Virus record (IMG/VR): IMGVR_UViG_3300021138_000003
Origin: an uncultured virus (IMG/VR IMGVR_UViG_3300021138_000003)
Lineage: Duplodnaviria; Heunggongvirae; Uroviricota; Caudoviricetes
Length of the DNA stretch: 64,000 nt
Strand: one strand, 5' to 3'
Below, one piece after another: positions 28,701-37,975 of the stretch. The translations under genes were made by a program, and so were the position numbers. Position 1 is the stretch's first letter. Every line of letters begins with the position of its first letter. Below the pieces are notes generated by a model. It saw nothing but the letters and a program-made list of their open reading frames with translations, had not been told where the DNA came from and searched no databases.

Positions 28701-29167
28701 CAGTAAATGCACAGTATCTAGGCGGTGTTGCCGCCGCTAGCTACCTAACATCAGTACCAAATGCGTCAACGCAGGTATCATCTTTGGGAGTAGGCACTGC
28801 GGCATCAGGTACAAGTGGTGAAATTCGCGCAACCGGCAACGTCACTGCTTATTATTCCTCAGATGCTAGGTTGAAAGAAAATGTACAACCGATTCCAAAT
28901 GCACTTGATTCGATTGACAAGATTAATGGAGTGACCTTCAATTGGACTGCAGATTTCCTCAAAGATCAGGGTGAAGAAGATGGTTATTTTGTTCGGAAGC
29001 ACGATGTCGGAGTCATTGCTCAAGAAATTCAAGAAGTATTGCCCGAAGCAGTTGCCGAAAGAGAAGATGGTTATCTTGCAGTTAAATATGATCGAATTGT
29101 TCCGCTTCTAATTCAAGCAATCAAAGAGCTAAAAGCAGAAGTTGAAATATTGAAGGGCAACAAATAA
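25790..29167 (+). CDS. Long tail fibre with YadA-head-like repeats and C-terminal intramolecular chaperone (peptidase S74)
   Basis: NDGTGDSIREAF N-terminus, GALVVxGGxGIGG repeats, AIAIG..AG repeats, SDARLKEN...GVIAQE...LLIQAIKEL. Confidence 0.85.
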   Translation: MAIGKLTINIGGQPNDGTGDSIREAFDKTNQNFSNLFNAIGSSGNLTFAGDLADTPSSLSPNKLLVTDSSGFTVTQASLIAGSGIAIVTTSGSITITNNISTGTTSTFVINNTTTAVNTNSGALVVQGGVGIGGSLYVGGNLNVTGNISGIVAGITTSTQNLIGGSTGSIPYQTGPNTTAFIGIGSAGTVLHSNGTTATWVSTSSLGLGGIGGSYSGIFTITNVTSSTTSTNGALVVAGGAGIGAGLNVVGNTNIYGNLAVSGSITGSNVTVNVTNLSANSGTFYGDVTGNGALYAGVVGGSTFPQTMIQATGNYNGYMEINVQNFNVGSKNSTDIIASADNVGTNNSFIDMGITGSHWDGTQPYSLGTAVGINDGYVLVGSGATAKQGNLVLATETTGSNIKFVVAATSAQSTLTQVTTASVAMIVNPVNSVSTSTNTGVLVVNGGVGIGGTLNIGGGLVVGASITATQVNISSINVALGQNAGQTGQGNYAVALGYFAGNSTQSSVAIAIGVQAGQTGQGMSAVALGDTAGQTSQGSNTVAIGFSAGQVSQLAEAIAIGDTAGNLNQGTSAVAVGQTAGSTNQGSNAVAIGLAAGYTSQSAESIAIGDNAGYSNQNMFAIAIGSSAGRISQSGNAIAIGQGAGSTNQGANAIAIGLVAGSTNQPANSIILNASGNTLNGATTSSFYVSPIRTDASTSGTTWSLYYNPITKEITTATAGTGGGSFNGGTVTSATTFTNTVTITSITASTSTNSGALIVAGGVGIGGNLNVNGIISATSLTITSTETDRGTLAIQSTASSTSTNTGALVVAGGIGVGGVVYAGGAITASSFSGAGTGLTGTAASLTVGNATTAVNVTNSLTINNGGSGSASGSTFNGSGAVTISYNTVGAPSTTGVNATGTWNIVAGTANIAASAGSVPNSLTINNSGSGSASGATFNGSGAVTISYNTVGAPSTGGANATGTWNIVAGTAVNAQYLGGVAAASYLTSVPNASTQVSSLGVGTAASGTSGEIRATGNVTAYYSSDARLKENVQPIPNALDSIDKINGVTFNWTADFLKDQGEEDGYFVRKHDVGVIAQEIQEVLPEAVAEREDGYLAVKYDRIVPLLIQAIKELKAEVEILKGNK
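27218..27787 (+). repeat. About 12 tandem 16-aa repeats (A[IV]A[IL]GxxAGxxxQ)
   Basis: Visible in the translation with 48-nt periodicity. Confidence 0.85.
28361..28702 (+). repeat. Internal duplication of about 52 aa (period 186 nt) in tail fibre
   Basis: NSLTINN.GSGSASG.TFNGSGAVTISYNTVGAPST.G.NATGTWNIVAGTA occurs twice. Confidence 0.9.
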
Positions 29168-29168
29168 G

Positions 29169-31598
29169 ATGACCGCTCCTATTTGGGGAACACCAGCAGG
29201 ATTCCTAGGAACATTAACGGAAAGAGTTACTACTTCAATTCCGTTAATAGCAACCGGAACTAATCTCACATATTCATTGATTGCAGGCAATTTACCGACA
29301 GGTCTTCGATTGAATACCTCTAACGGTGTAATCATCGGAACACCAGTATCTGTACCTGCAGAGGTATCATCAACGTTTGTTATAAGAGCAGAAAATTCAA
29401 AAGGAATCAATGATCGAACTTTTGGGTTAGATGTTATAGGACCGTCTGTGCCAGTATGGGCAACTGTCCAAGGACCTCTTCCTGTTGGCCCTAACGGTGA
29501 AAATTTTACATTTAATTTAGAATATGTTGATATTACTCTAAGAGCACAAACTGATGTTATTGCCTCAGGAAATAGTTTAAAATATTATATAGCCGATAAT
29601 CAAGGACAATTGCCGCCCGGATTGATGTTAACTGAAAACGGAAGAATCTACGGATATGTCAAAGACAATTTAACATTAGATAATTTAGTCAGTCAATCAG
29701 GTGGATACGACGACGAAATGTATGATGCATATCCGTATGATCATAGTGTTGTTGTAGATAATGTAGTTCAGCTAGTTAAACCCGAATCAATTAATAAAAT
29801 ATATCAGTTTGTAGTAACAGTTACTGACGGTTACGATAGTGCAAAGCGTCTATTCAGCATTGAAGTTGCCGATCCTAATAGTATGCGGGCAGACAATACA
29901 TTTATGGATGTAGATTCTACCACAATCGATGCCAGTTCCAGTTATCTTCTGGCACCAATTTGGCAAAGTAATCTAGGAAATCTATTACCCAATATTGCTA
30001 ACCTTGGGGTTATAAGAGCCGCAACTACACAAGTGATAACACTGTATGATTATGATCCGTATCCATTTGTAGGTCCTGTCGTATGGGATTGGTCAATCAC
30101 AGTAAATCCCGATATAAAGTTAATTTCCGATAGTCAATTAAATTTCTTAGGGCATCCCACTCAAAATCTAGCAGGGAACAACCAGCTATATTTTAAAGAC
30201 GCAACATTATTTCCAGTAGTAGGAATGCAAATTCAACTTAACGAATACATTCCCGGGTATGATTCGACTACTTATACTATTACAAATGTGTTCAAAACTA
30301 GTGACACTTCGGGGTATGTAAATTTAGACCGACCATTAGTAACTAATACAATTACCAATGACGGTAATATGCCCAATTCTATAGGATTTTATGCAGGTAC
30401 TCCTAGTATGCATCCGACCGGATTTAGTTTAGATCCAGCATCGGGAGAATTGCACGGAAACATACCATATCAGCCTGCGTACAGTCAAACTTACAGATTC
30501 ACTGTAAGTCTTATTAAGACTGATTTACAAACAGGCAATACTGTAAGATCTAGCCAAATATTCCTGTTAACCATTAACGGTGATATACACAGTTATATTG
30601 AATTTGTCAGTACCGCGTCACTTGGAACGTTGATACCTGGCCAGATATCGGAACTTGCTGTTGTAGCAAAAAATGTCAACACCAATTTTAATTTAGAATA
30701 TTCATTAGCGGCAGGCGAATTGCCAGCAGGATTATCATTAAATTCTGACGGCACAATCCAAGGTAAAATTCAATATAATTCAGAAACTACCTTCGATATG
30801 GGAGATTTAACGTTAGACCAAAATTCTACAACGATTGATAAAAACTGGTATTTCACTGTCAGTGTCAACGATGTTTATCGATTAGATTCAGTAGCACAAC
30901 AATTCTATATCACTATCGGTGCTCAACCTAGTTCGGCATATACAAGAATGTTTGTCAAACCGTTTATGTCTCTCGATAACAGAACATCATACAATGCCTT
31001 TATCACAAATCCGACAATATTCGATCCTAGCCTACTTTATCGACCAAATGATCCAGAATTCGGCACTCAGACCGATATTAGAATGCTGATCGAGACAGGT
31101 ATAGAAATTGAGTCGTTAGACACTTATGCAGAAGCACTGACTTCGGTGTTCCATCGTAAACGATTTTATTTCGGCGATGTCGGCAGTATTTTAGCAACAG
31201 ATAGTAATAATAATCCAGTCTATGAATTAATTTATGTATCAATGATTGACGATCAAATGATAGGAAACTATAGTCCTTCATATGCTGTATCATTGGGAAA
31301 TATGCAGGCACAACTCGAATCAATACAACTCAGTCCCGGAATGACTATTTCGGTAGACGAAGATTATCAGCCACGATACATGACAACACTGCAATCTAAT
31401 GGGGTTCCGTTAGGATTTATTAAAGCTGTTCCAATATGTTATGTGACTCCGGGAAATTCTGCTAAATTCTTATCGAGAATTGCAAATAGTGGGTTTGATT
31501 TTAAACAACTAGATTTCGATACTGATCGCGTAATCGTAGAAACCACTCAAGAGACTGGGCAAACAAATTGGCTACTTTACCCAACAATACGACAATAA
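29169..31598 (+). CDS. Baseplate/tail structural protein with putative Ig (He_PIG-like) domains
   Basis: Repeated G.LP.GL.L...G.I.G motifs; next to tail fibre. Confidence 0.75.
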   Translation: MTAPIWGTPAGFLGTLTERVTTSIPLIATGTNLTYSLIAGNLPTGLRLNTSNGVIIGTPVSVPAEVSSTFVIRAENSKGINDRTFGLDVIGPSVPVWATVQGPLPVGPNGENFTFNLEYVDITLRAQTDVIASGNSLKYYIADNQGQLPPGLMLTENGRIYGYVKDNLTLDNLVSQSGGYDDEMYDAYPYDHSVVVDNVVQLVKPESINKIYQFVVTVTDGYDSAKRLFSIEVADPNSMRADNTFMDVDSTTIDASSSYLLAPIWQSNLGNLLPNIANLGVIRAATTQVITLYDYDPYPFVGPVVWDWSITVNPDIKLISDSQLNFLGHPTQNLAGNNQLYFKDATLFPVVGMQIQLNEYIPGYDSTTYTITNVFKTSDTSGYVNLDRPLVTNTITNDGNMPNSIGFYAGTPSMHPTGFSLDPASGELHGNIPYQPAYSQTYRFTVSLIKTDLQTGNTVRSSQIFLLTINGDIHSYIEFVSTASLGTLIPGQISELAVVAKNVNTNFNLEYSLAAGELPAGLSLNSDGTIQGKIQYNSETTFDMGDLTLDQNSTTIDKNWYFTVSVNDVYRLDSVAQQFYITIGAQPSSAYTRMFVKPFMSLDNRTSYNAFITNPTIFDPSLLYRPNDPEFGTQTDIRMLIETGIEIESLDTYAEALTSVFHRKRFYFGDVGSILATDSNNNPVYELIYVSMIDDQMIGNYSPSYAVSLGNMQAQLESIQLSPGMTISVDEDYQPRYMTTLQSNGVPLGFIKAVPICYVTPGNSAKFLSRIANSGFDFKQLDFDTDRVIVETTQETGQTNWLLYPTIRQ

Positions 31599-31624
31599 AT
31601 ATTAGATAAAGGTAGATTTAAAAT

Positions 31625-32026
31625 ATGGCCAGTAATATTAATACATCAAATATCGATGCAAATTTTCCAGTACAAGGACAAGACAATCCTAGTCAGGGAT
31701 TTAGAGATAATTTTAGCTATATCAATATTGCTTTAGATACTGCTGCCTCAGAAATTACCGCATTACAAGAAAATTCGGTAGAAATATCTACTGCTACTAG
31801 TACTTCAACAGGTGTTGTTAAGATCGGTTCAGGAATTGCCATTACAGGCGATGGGACTATTTCAGTTCCATATATTTTACCATCATATACAACTTCTACA
31901 GTACATTCTATTTCGCCTGCCTTAGCTGGCGCATTGGTATTTGTTTCCAACGCGCCAGGAGGAGGACAGCCTTGTTACTATGATGGTAGTCATTGGTATA
32001 CTATTAATGGTAGAACACAAATTTAA
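31625..32026 (+). CDS. Virion structural protein (paralog A)
   Basis: ID.NFPV.GQDNPSQGFRDNF motif; TAAATA upstream. Confidence 0.7.
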   Translation: MASNINTSNIDANFPVQGQDNPSQGFRDNFSYINIALDTAASEITALQENSVEISTATSTSTGVVKIGSGIAITGDGTISVPYILPSYTTSTVHSISPALAGALVFVSNAPGGGQPCYYDGSHWYTINGRTQI

Positions 32027-32058
32027 TTCTCTGGTCATTTAACAAGGTAAATAATATT

Positions 32059-32577
32059 ATGACATCAACCGTTACCAACTACAGTAATTTAATCGATACT
32101 ACGTTCCCTGTGCCAGGCGTAGACAATGACACTCAGGGATTTCGCAATAATTCTATTAACATTCAACAGGCATTAGACACTGCGGCGAACGAAATTACTA
32201 ATCTACAGACTCAATATGGTGGCCTAGTAACACAAATCAACGATGCTACTGTTATTGGTGATAATTTTGCTGCAATAGTTGCATCAACAGTTACCACTAT
32301 TGTTGTAAACTCACTGTCAAATTATAATCCAGACATTGTTTCGCCTATTGTTTCATTATGGTACAATACAACCATTACCAATTCTATTAGTGCAATAACT
32401 TCTGGAACATTTGTTGTTCGATCTAACCCGCCAGCTGCATCAACCGGAACAGTCGGCGATGTAAAAGGAATGTGCTGCGTAACTACCAGTGCTGTGTATT
32501 TTTGTTACAACAATTATGTTGGAGATAATGCAGATATTTGGGCTAAAGTTAATACTGTAGGGCAGCATTGGCCATAA
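32059..32577 (+). CDS. Virion structural protein (paralog B)
   Basis: IDTTFPVPGVDNDTQGFRNN, homologous to the upstream ORF N-terminus. Confidence 0.7.
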   Translation: MTSTVTNYSNLIDTTFPVPGVDNDTQGFRNNSINIQQALDTAANEITNLQTQYGGLVTQINDATVIGDNFAAIVASTVTTIVVNSLSNYNPDIVSPIVSLWYNTTITNSISAITSGTFVVRSNPPAASTGTVGDVKGMCCVTTSAVYFCYNNYVGDNADIWAKVNTVGQHWP

Positions 32578-32819
32578 TGTTTAATCCACTATTAGAAGAC
32601 CTTACTTTATTAAAGGACACAGAAATTGAGTCACGAATGAGTGAACTCAATAAAAAGTACAATATTGCTCTTCGAATGGGCTACGGTGATGCTGCCAGAC
32701 AAATTGCGGTAGTAATCGAAGCAGTCCGTGAAGAAACACTTCGTCGTCAGCAAGAAGCTTCAAAGAAATTAATGCAAAAACATAACAAAGATTTAGACGA
32801 TCTCATAAATGTAGGTTGA
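32577..32819 (+). CDS. Hypothetical coiled-coil protein
   Basis: MFNPLLEDL... Confidence 0.65.
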   Translation: MFNPLLEDLTLLKDTEIESRMSELNKKYNIALRMGYGDAARQIAVVIEAVREETLRRQQEASKKLMQKHNKDLDDLINVG

Positions 32820-32850
32820 TTTTTCCTTTAAATTTTGCTATAATACATAT

Positions 32851-33372
32851 ATGAATACTTCCAAGTTCGGTGAAATCATTTTAGACGAAAACGACATTTT
32901 TCAAGGTCTTTATTCTGGAAAAATCGCCGATTTATCGTCTGTAAACATCCAAAATCAATCATTAATTGACCAATTTAATCTTGCACGTACTACGAACGCA
33001 GATTCCATTCCTAATCTTAAAAAGTTCGAAACTAAATTTCAAACTCAAGAAGAATTTGATGAACATAATCAGAAACAATGGTTTATGCCCGATGAATATA
33101 AAAACATGGCCATCGAGGAATACATTCTAAACCAATGCACTACTGAAGAAGAATTCGTAAGAGTAGGCGAAGAATTGTTTCTTTTTCATCAACATAATAT
33201 GATCGAGGTCTTAAAATACCTTAAATACTTGGTCGACACCATGCGATCAAACAACGTCATATGGGGAGTAGGCAGAGGAAGTGCTGTTGCAAGTTATTGT
33301 TTATACTTGTTAGGAGTACACAGGATCGATAGTCTAAAATACAAATTAGATATCACTGAATTTTTAAGATAG
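32851..33372 (+). CDS. DNA polymerase III alpha (DnaE)-like fragment
   Basis: RVGEEL, YLVDTM, WGVGRGSAVASYCLYLLGV..ID, EFLR. Confidence 0.8.
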   Translation: MNTSKFGEIILDENDIFQGLYSGKIADLSSVNIQNQSLIDQFNLARTTNADSIPNLKKFETKFQTQEEFDEHNQKQWFMPDEYKNMAIEEYILNQCTTEEEFVRVGEELFLFHQHNMIEVLKYLKYLVDTMRSNNVIWGVGRGSAVASYCLYLLGVHRIDSLKYKLDITEFLR

Positions 33373-33381
33373 GAAAATAAT

Positions 33382-33573
33382 ATGGCACGTAAAGTATATC
33401 GAACAATGCAGGGCAAGCAAGTTGATCTAGAATCATTGGCTGCTCGTAATGAAACTATGCCAGCAGTAGGCAACGTTAGAATGAATGCTCGCGGAGATGA
33501 ATTAGGACCGGGTGGTCAAATTATTCGCAAGCGTGAAGATATTGTCAACGATCACTATAATCAAAAGAAGTAA
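33382..33573 (+). CDS. Hypothetical protein
   Basis: AVGNVRMNARGDELGPGG. Confidence 0.7.
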   Translation: MARKVYRTMQGKQVDLESLAARNETMPAVGNVRMNARGDELGPGGQIIRKREDIVNDHYNQKK

Positions 33574-33576
33574 TTA

Positions 33577-33987
33577 ATGGTTATTAGAAAAGGTAAACTT
33601 ACTCCGGTACTCGATCGCGTACTAGTTACGGATATGTATTTCGGAGATCAAAAAACTGCTAGTGGCATCATTATCCGCGACGATAATGGTACTTCTAGAG
33701 GAATATATCCACGATGGGCCAAAGTTCACGCAAAAGGACATAAAAATGTCGACGATTATCAAGTCGGTGATTGGGTTTTAGTCGAACATGGAAGATGGAC
33801 CCGGGGAGTCAATGTCGACGAAGGTACCGGTGAGGTAATCGACGTTCGTATGGTCGAAGCCGAAAGCATCATTGGCTGGCAAAACGAGAAGCCAGACAAC
33901 GCAGTGATGATTAATAATGGTATTGATACAACTCCAAATGTTCAACACCGTCCAGAAGATTTTGTTAATGAAGCGAGGAAATTTTGA
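33577..33987 (+). CDS. GroES-like co-chaperonin
   Basis: P.LDRVLV, KTASGII, VGDWVL. Confidence 0.8.
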   Translation: MVIRKGKLTPVLDRVLVTDMYFGDQKTASGIIIRDDNGTSRGIYPRWAKVHAKGHKNVDDYQVGDWVLVEHGRWTRGVNVDEGTGEVIDVRMVEAESIIGWQNEKPDNAVMINNGIDTTPNVQHRPEDFVNEARKF

Positions 33988-34394
33988 GTAACATAGATTT
34001 AAACAAGTATGCAGAGTTTGTACTAGCAGTCTGTTCAGAGACAAGCAAGGATCCAGTAGAATTTGTAGAACATGTCCGGAAACTCCACAATACCAGTAAT
34101 GTCAACATTCCGTTGCTACTTACAGCAGGTATAGGACTTGCCAGCGAAGGCGGAGAGTTCAATGAAATTGTAAAGAAGATTTTCTTTCAAGGTAAGCAGC
34201 TTAACGAAGATGCACGGTTTCACATGAAGCGCGAACTCGGTGATGTTATTTGGTATTGGATGAATGCTTGTAACGCACTTGGTCTTGATCCTAACGATGT
34301 TATCGCTGAGAATGTCAAGAAGCTAGAAGCACGTTATCCTGGTGGTAGCTTTGATGCCCACTATAGTGAAAATCGCAAAGAAGGAGACCTATAA
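33984..34394 (+). CDS. MazG-like nucleotide pyrophosphohydrolase
   Basis: GLASEGGEFNEIVKK, ELGDVIWY, NVKKLEARY. Confidence 0.85.
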   Translation: MSNIDLNKYAEFVLAVCSETSKDPVEFVEHVRKLHNTSNVNIPLLLTAGIGLASEGGEFNEIVKKIFFQGKQLNEDARFHMKRELGDVIWYWMNACNALGLDPNDVIAENVKKLEARYPGGSFDAHYSENRKEGDL

Positions 34395-34543
34395 TGGCAG
34401 AATCAAGTATGAGCTTTTCTAAAGATGTTGTACAAGATATGATTGCAACATTCGGTAAAGAAATTGCAATAGAGCAGCTTACTGGTGCTTGTCGGGCATG
34501 GATCGAAGTACTGGTAGAAGAAGCCGAAGAAGAAACCAAATAA
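34394..34543 (+). CDS. Small hypothetical protein (49 aa)
   Basis: SD AGGAG; coupled on both sides by TAATG. Confidence 0.55.
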   Translation: MAESSMSFSKDVVQDMIATFGKEIAIEQLTGACRAWIEVLVEEAEEETK

Positions 34544-34782
34544 TGGGACTAGGCCCGTCCGTTTGTACTAGATGTAAGATTCTTCATATATACATCCCTA
34601 ATGAAGAAGAACCCAACAGGCAGGGTAGATGGGTTTGTCCTTTTAATGAATACCATGAAAAAAGTTCTCTTTGGATGCTGCCCATGGAAGAACAAAAATT
34701 ATATCTCGATAATTCAAAATTCCTAAGATTTGTAACTAAAGATTATTCCCATTTAAAACAGCAAAAATCTGTTGACTCTTAG
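34543..34782 (+). CDS. Small Cys-containing hypothetical protein
   Basis: CTRC...CP; start placed at MGLGP. Confidence 0.55.
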   Translation: MGLGPSVCTRCKILHIYIPNEEEPNRQGRWVCPFNEYHEKSSLWMLPMEEQKLYLDNSKFLRFVTKDYSHLKQQKSVDS

Positions 34783-34831
34783 TTAACATATCAAATGTAG
34801 TAAATGTAATAAATACATATAAGGAGTTTAT

Positions 34832-35524
34832 ATGTACGGATATATCTACAAAACTACAAATATTTTAAATAATAAAATCTATATTGGCAAAAAAGAAAGC
34901 TCATCTTTTGTCGAAACTTACTACGGATCAGGAACTGTACTAAAACAAGCAATTAAAAAATATGGTCAAGAAAACTTTAAAATAGAAATACTCATCTAGG
35001 CAAGTACGAAGGCTGAATTAAATTTATTAGAAAAACAATGTATATCACAGCATCGAAAATCACATAATTGTTATAACATTGCAGACGGCGGAACCGGCGG
35101 CAACACTACAACATTGCACCCTCAAAAATCAGAAATTATTTCAAAAAGACAAGAAGGTATAAAAAGATGGCACGATTCTCAAACTGAAGAGGAAAAAATA
35201 GTTCGGGCAAAAACTATTAGTCAATCTAAAAAAGGAAAAAGTAATGGACACCTCGGGTTTACGCATTCCCTAGAAACTAAAGAAAAAATCAGATTATCAA
35301 ATATTCTAGTAGATCGGTCAAACAATCCAGAATGGCGAGAAAAACACGCAATTTCTATGGAAAAAAGAAGAGGAATACCTCTTGCAAAAAAATATAAACC
35401 TGTTATAATAGACGAAATTGAGTATCCATCAGTAAAAGATGCGTTAATTGCATTAGGTATTACTCATCGGGCAATTTTTTATAAAAAAATTAAAGAAGGT
35501 AAACTTAAGGTAATCTATAAATGA
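34832..35524 (+). pseudogene. GIY-YIG/NUMOD3 homing endonuclease interrupted by an in-frame TAG
   Basis: MYGYIYKTTN...IYIGK...YYGSG...KKYG; TAG at 34997-34999; frame continues to YNIADGG and HSLETKEKI; SD AAGGAG. Confidence 0.8.
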
Positions 35525-35985
35525 TTTTCAATAAAGTTAAAAAATTAAAGGATCATAATAAAAGGATAGGTATAGTATTTTCTGCATTTGATGTACTTCA
35601 TGCAGGTCATATTGCGATGTTAGCCGAAGCAAAAAATCATTGTGATTATTTGATTGCAGGATTACAAACAGATCCTACCATTGACAGAGCTAGCAAAAAT
35701 TCTCCCGTTCAAAGTATCGTAGAACGCCAAATTCAATTGGCTGCTGTAAGATATGTTGACGAAGTTGTTGTTTACCAAACAGAGCAGGACTTAATTGACT
35801 TGCTTCTAATACTACCGCTCGACGTTAGAATACTCGGAACTGAATACAAAGACAGAGAGTTTACCGGAAAGGTAGAATGCGAGTCCAGAGGAATCGAATT
35901 GATTTACAACGGGCGTGATCACAGTTTTTCATCCAGTAATCTACGCAAGCGTGTAGTAGAAGCCGAGTATAACAAAGGAAAATAA
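35521..35985 (+). CDS. Cytidylyltransferase (TagD-like)
   Basis: SAFDVLHAGH, GLQTDPT, RDHSFSSS. Confidence 0.9.
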   Translation: MIFNKVKKLKDHNKRIGIVFSAFDVLHAGHIAMLAEAKNHCDYLIAGLQTDPTIDRASKNSPVQSIVERQIQLAAVRYVDEVVVYQTEQDLIDLLLILPLDVRILGTEYKDREFTGKVECESRGIELIYNGRDHSFSSSNLRKRVVEAEYNKGK

Positions 35986-36423
35986 ATGCCCATTGAAATC
36001 AGTGATCTTCCTCAATATATCACTGGTAGTCTAAGTCGATCTAACACAGTTGTTCTTTGCGAGCACTGCAAAGGATACGGATTCTTCGAAAAAGAAGAAT
36101 TATCCGACTATCACAAGAGAGAGTATAGTACATATCGTACTACATGCGGACGTTGCGAAGGCGACGGGAGAATGATTAAATCAACCGAACGTTTATCGCT
36201 AAATTTAGGTAATGACAAAGTGCAACTTATGCCTTACATTTCCTTTAAGGAGTTCGTAGATCCACATAGCTACGAAGATAGATGGCTGAGACTGCGATTA
36301 GATATGACTGATCGGCAGCTTGAAGCAAAATATCCCGAACTTGCGGCAGTAAACTATGACAACTACGATAGATTAGTTGAGCAGTATCGTACAATGGAAT
36401 TGTTAAAGAAGGAAACTATATGA
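35986..36423 (+). CDS. Protein with DnaJ-type CxxCxGxG zinc finger
   Basis: CEHCKGYG, CGRCEGDG. Confidence 0.7.
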   Translation: MPIEISDLPQYITGSLSRSNTVVLCEHCKGYGFFEKEELSDYHKREYSTYRTTCGRCEGDGRMIKSTERLSLNLGNDKVQLMPYISFKEFVDPHSYEDRWLRLRLDMTDRQLEAKYPELAAVNYDNYDRLVEQYRTMELLKKETI

Positions 36424-36587
36424 ATCACGAAGTTGAACGATTTGAAGGTGAACTAAGAATTCTTCGAGAACAAAATAAAAAGTACAAAGATGCTTTACAA
36501 AAAATTGAAGAATTTGGACATAATAACGGTCACGGCCGCGGCTATACCTGTGCTAACATTGCAAAAGAAGCATTAGAAAGTAATTAA
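36420..36587 (+). CDS. Small hypothetical protein (55 aa)
   Basis: SD AAGGA; MNHEVERFEG... Confidence 0.5.
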   Translation: MNHEVERFEGELRILREQNKKYKDALQKIEEFGHNNGHGRGYTCANIAKEALESN

Positions 36588-36596
36588 AGGCATACT

Positions 36597-37517
36597 ATGA
36601 AGCAACTATGGGTTGAACAATATCGTCCAAAAACAGTAGACGGTTACGTCTTTCGTGACGAAAATCAAAAGAAACAGATTCTTACATGGATCAAGGACAA
36701 ATCTATTCCCCACTTGATGCTAAGTGGTTCTCCAGGTATTGGTAAAACTACACTGGCAAAAATGTTGCTTCACGAAATCGGTGTTGAAGAATTTGATATT
36801 TTAGAAATCAACGCTTCTCGAGACAACGGCGTTGACTTTTTAAGAGATACCATTGTTAGATTCGTACAAATGATGCCATTTGGTCCGTTTAAAGTTGTGC
36901 TGCTAGACGAAGCAGACTATCTGTCAAAGAGTTCACAGGCAGTGCTGCGCGGAGTTATGGAAGAATATGCAGATACAAGTCGATTTATTTTAACTTGTAA
37001 TTCACCGCATATGATTATGCCAGCAATTCATAGTCGCTGTCAGCAAATGCACTTTACATCCATTGATCAAACTGAATTTACAGTACGAGTTGCGACAATT
37101 CTTACTGAAGAAAATGTTGAATTTGATTTAGATACCTTAGATACTTACGTTAAAGCAACATACCCTGACCTACGTAAATGCATTAATTTCCTTCAACAAA
37201 ATACGCAAGATGGTCAATTAGTAATCGCTAACTCCAATGATTCCGGAGTTGCTGATTATAAAATTGATATGGTAAATTTGTTTAAGGCAGGTAAAATACA
37301 AGCGGCTAGAAAGTTGCTTTGTGCAAATGCTCGTCCAGAAGAGATGGAAGATATCTACCGGTGGATGTACGATAACTTAGATCTTTTTGGCAAAGATGAC
37401 GAAACTAGAGATCAAGCGTTGTTGATCATTAAACAAGGACTTGTAGATCACACACTGATTGCCGATCCGGAGATTAACCTTGCGGCTGTTCTTGTAAAGC
37501 TAGCTCGTTTACAGTAG
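36597..37517 (+). CDS. Clamp loader AAA+ subunit (gp44/RFC-small-like)
   Basis: WVEQYRP, GSPGIGKT, NAS, LDEAD, SRC. Confidence 0.95.
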   Translation: MKQLWVEQYRPKTVDGYVFRDENQKKQILTWIKDKSIPHLMLSGSPGIGKTTLAKMLLHEIGVEEFDILEINASRDNGVDFLRDTIVRFVQMMPFGPFKVVLLDEADYLSKSSQAVLRGVMEEYADTSRFILTCNSPHMIMPAIHSRCQQMHFTSIDQTEFTVRVATILTEENVEFDLDTLDTYVKATYPDLRKCINFLQQNTQDGQLVIANSNDSGVADYKIDMVNLFKAGKIQAARKLLCANARPEEMEDIYRWMYDNLDLFGKDDETRDQALLIIKQGLVDHTLIADPEINLAAVLVKLARLQ

Positions 37518-37572
37518 TTGACAGTACTCATCTATTTTGCTATTATACAACAAATAGCAAAGGAGTAACGAC

Positions 37573-37905
37573 ATGGAAATTTGTAGCCTCTGTGGTGTCC
37601 AGGCAGTTAATCTCTGGGGAACTTGTTGGAACTGCGAACGAAATAAAAATATAGCAAAGCAGGCTAGACTTCAAGAAAAGCAGTTTAAACTTCAACAAAG
37701 GAACGCACTTAACAATTCGTACTACGAAGAGGACGAGTATTACGAAGAAACACATTCTTCGGGAGAAATGCCCGAATGGCTTCTTGCTACTATAGCTTTC
37801 CTAATCGTAGGAGCCGTAATAATCTATTTCTGGTTTATTATTTTGCCAGTTATGTTAATTTTTGCAATTATTGGTGCATTTAGCAACGACAATAATAAAG
37901 AATAA
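37573..37905 (+). CDS. Membrane protein with N-terminal Zn-ribbon
   Basis: CSLC..CWNC plus C-terminal hydrophobic segment; promoter TTGACA-17-TATTAT at 37518-37546; SD AAGGAG. Confidence 0.65.
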   Translation: MEICSLCGVQAVNLWGTCWNCERNKNIAKQARLQEKQFKLQQRNALNNSYYEEDEYYEETHSSGEMPEWLLATIAFLIVGAVIIYFWFIILPVMLIFAIIGAFSNDNNKE

Positions 37906-37950
37906 AAAACCGCGTAACTCGATTTGCAGGTCGGTGGTTACGCGGTTTTC
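37905..37950 (+). terminator. Bidirectional terminator between convergent genes
   Basis: AAAACCGCGTAAC...GTTACGCGGTTTT. Confidence 0.7.
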
Positions 37951-37975
37951 ATTTGGTTAAATTTCTTTTTCTATT

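Noticed and set aside
27218..28702. CRISPR array or DGR template/variable repeat
   Set aside because: The repeats are in-frame coding repeats with mostly synonymous differences, not adenine-specific. No spacers, cas or reverse transcriptase genes are in the window.
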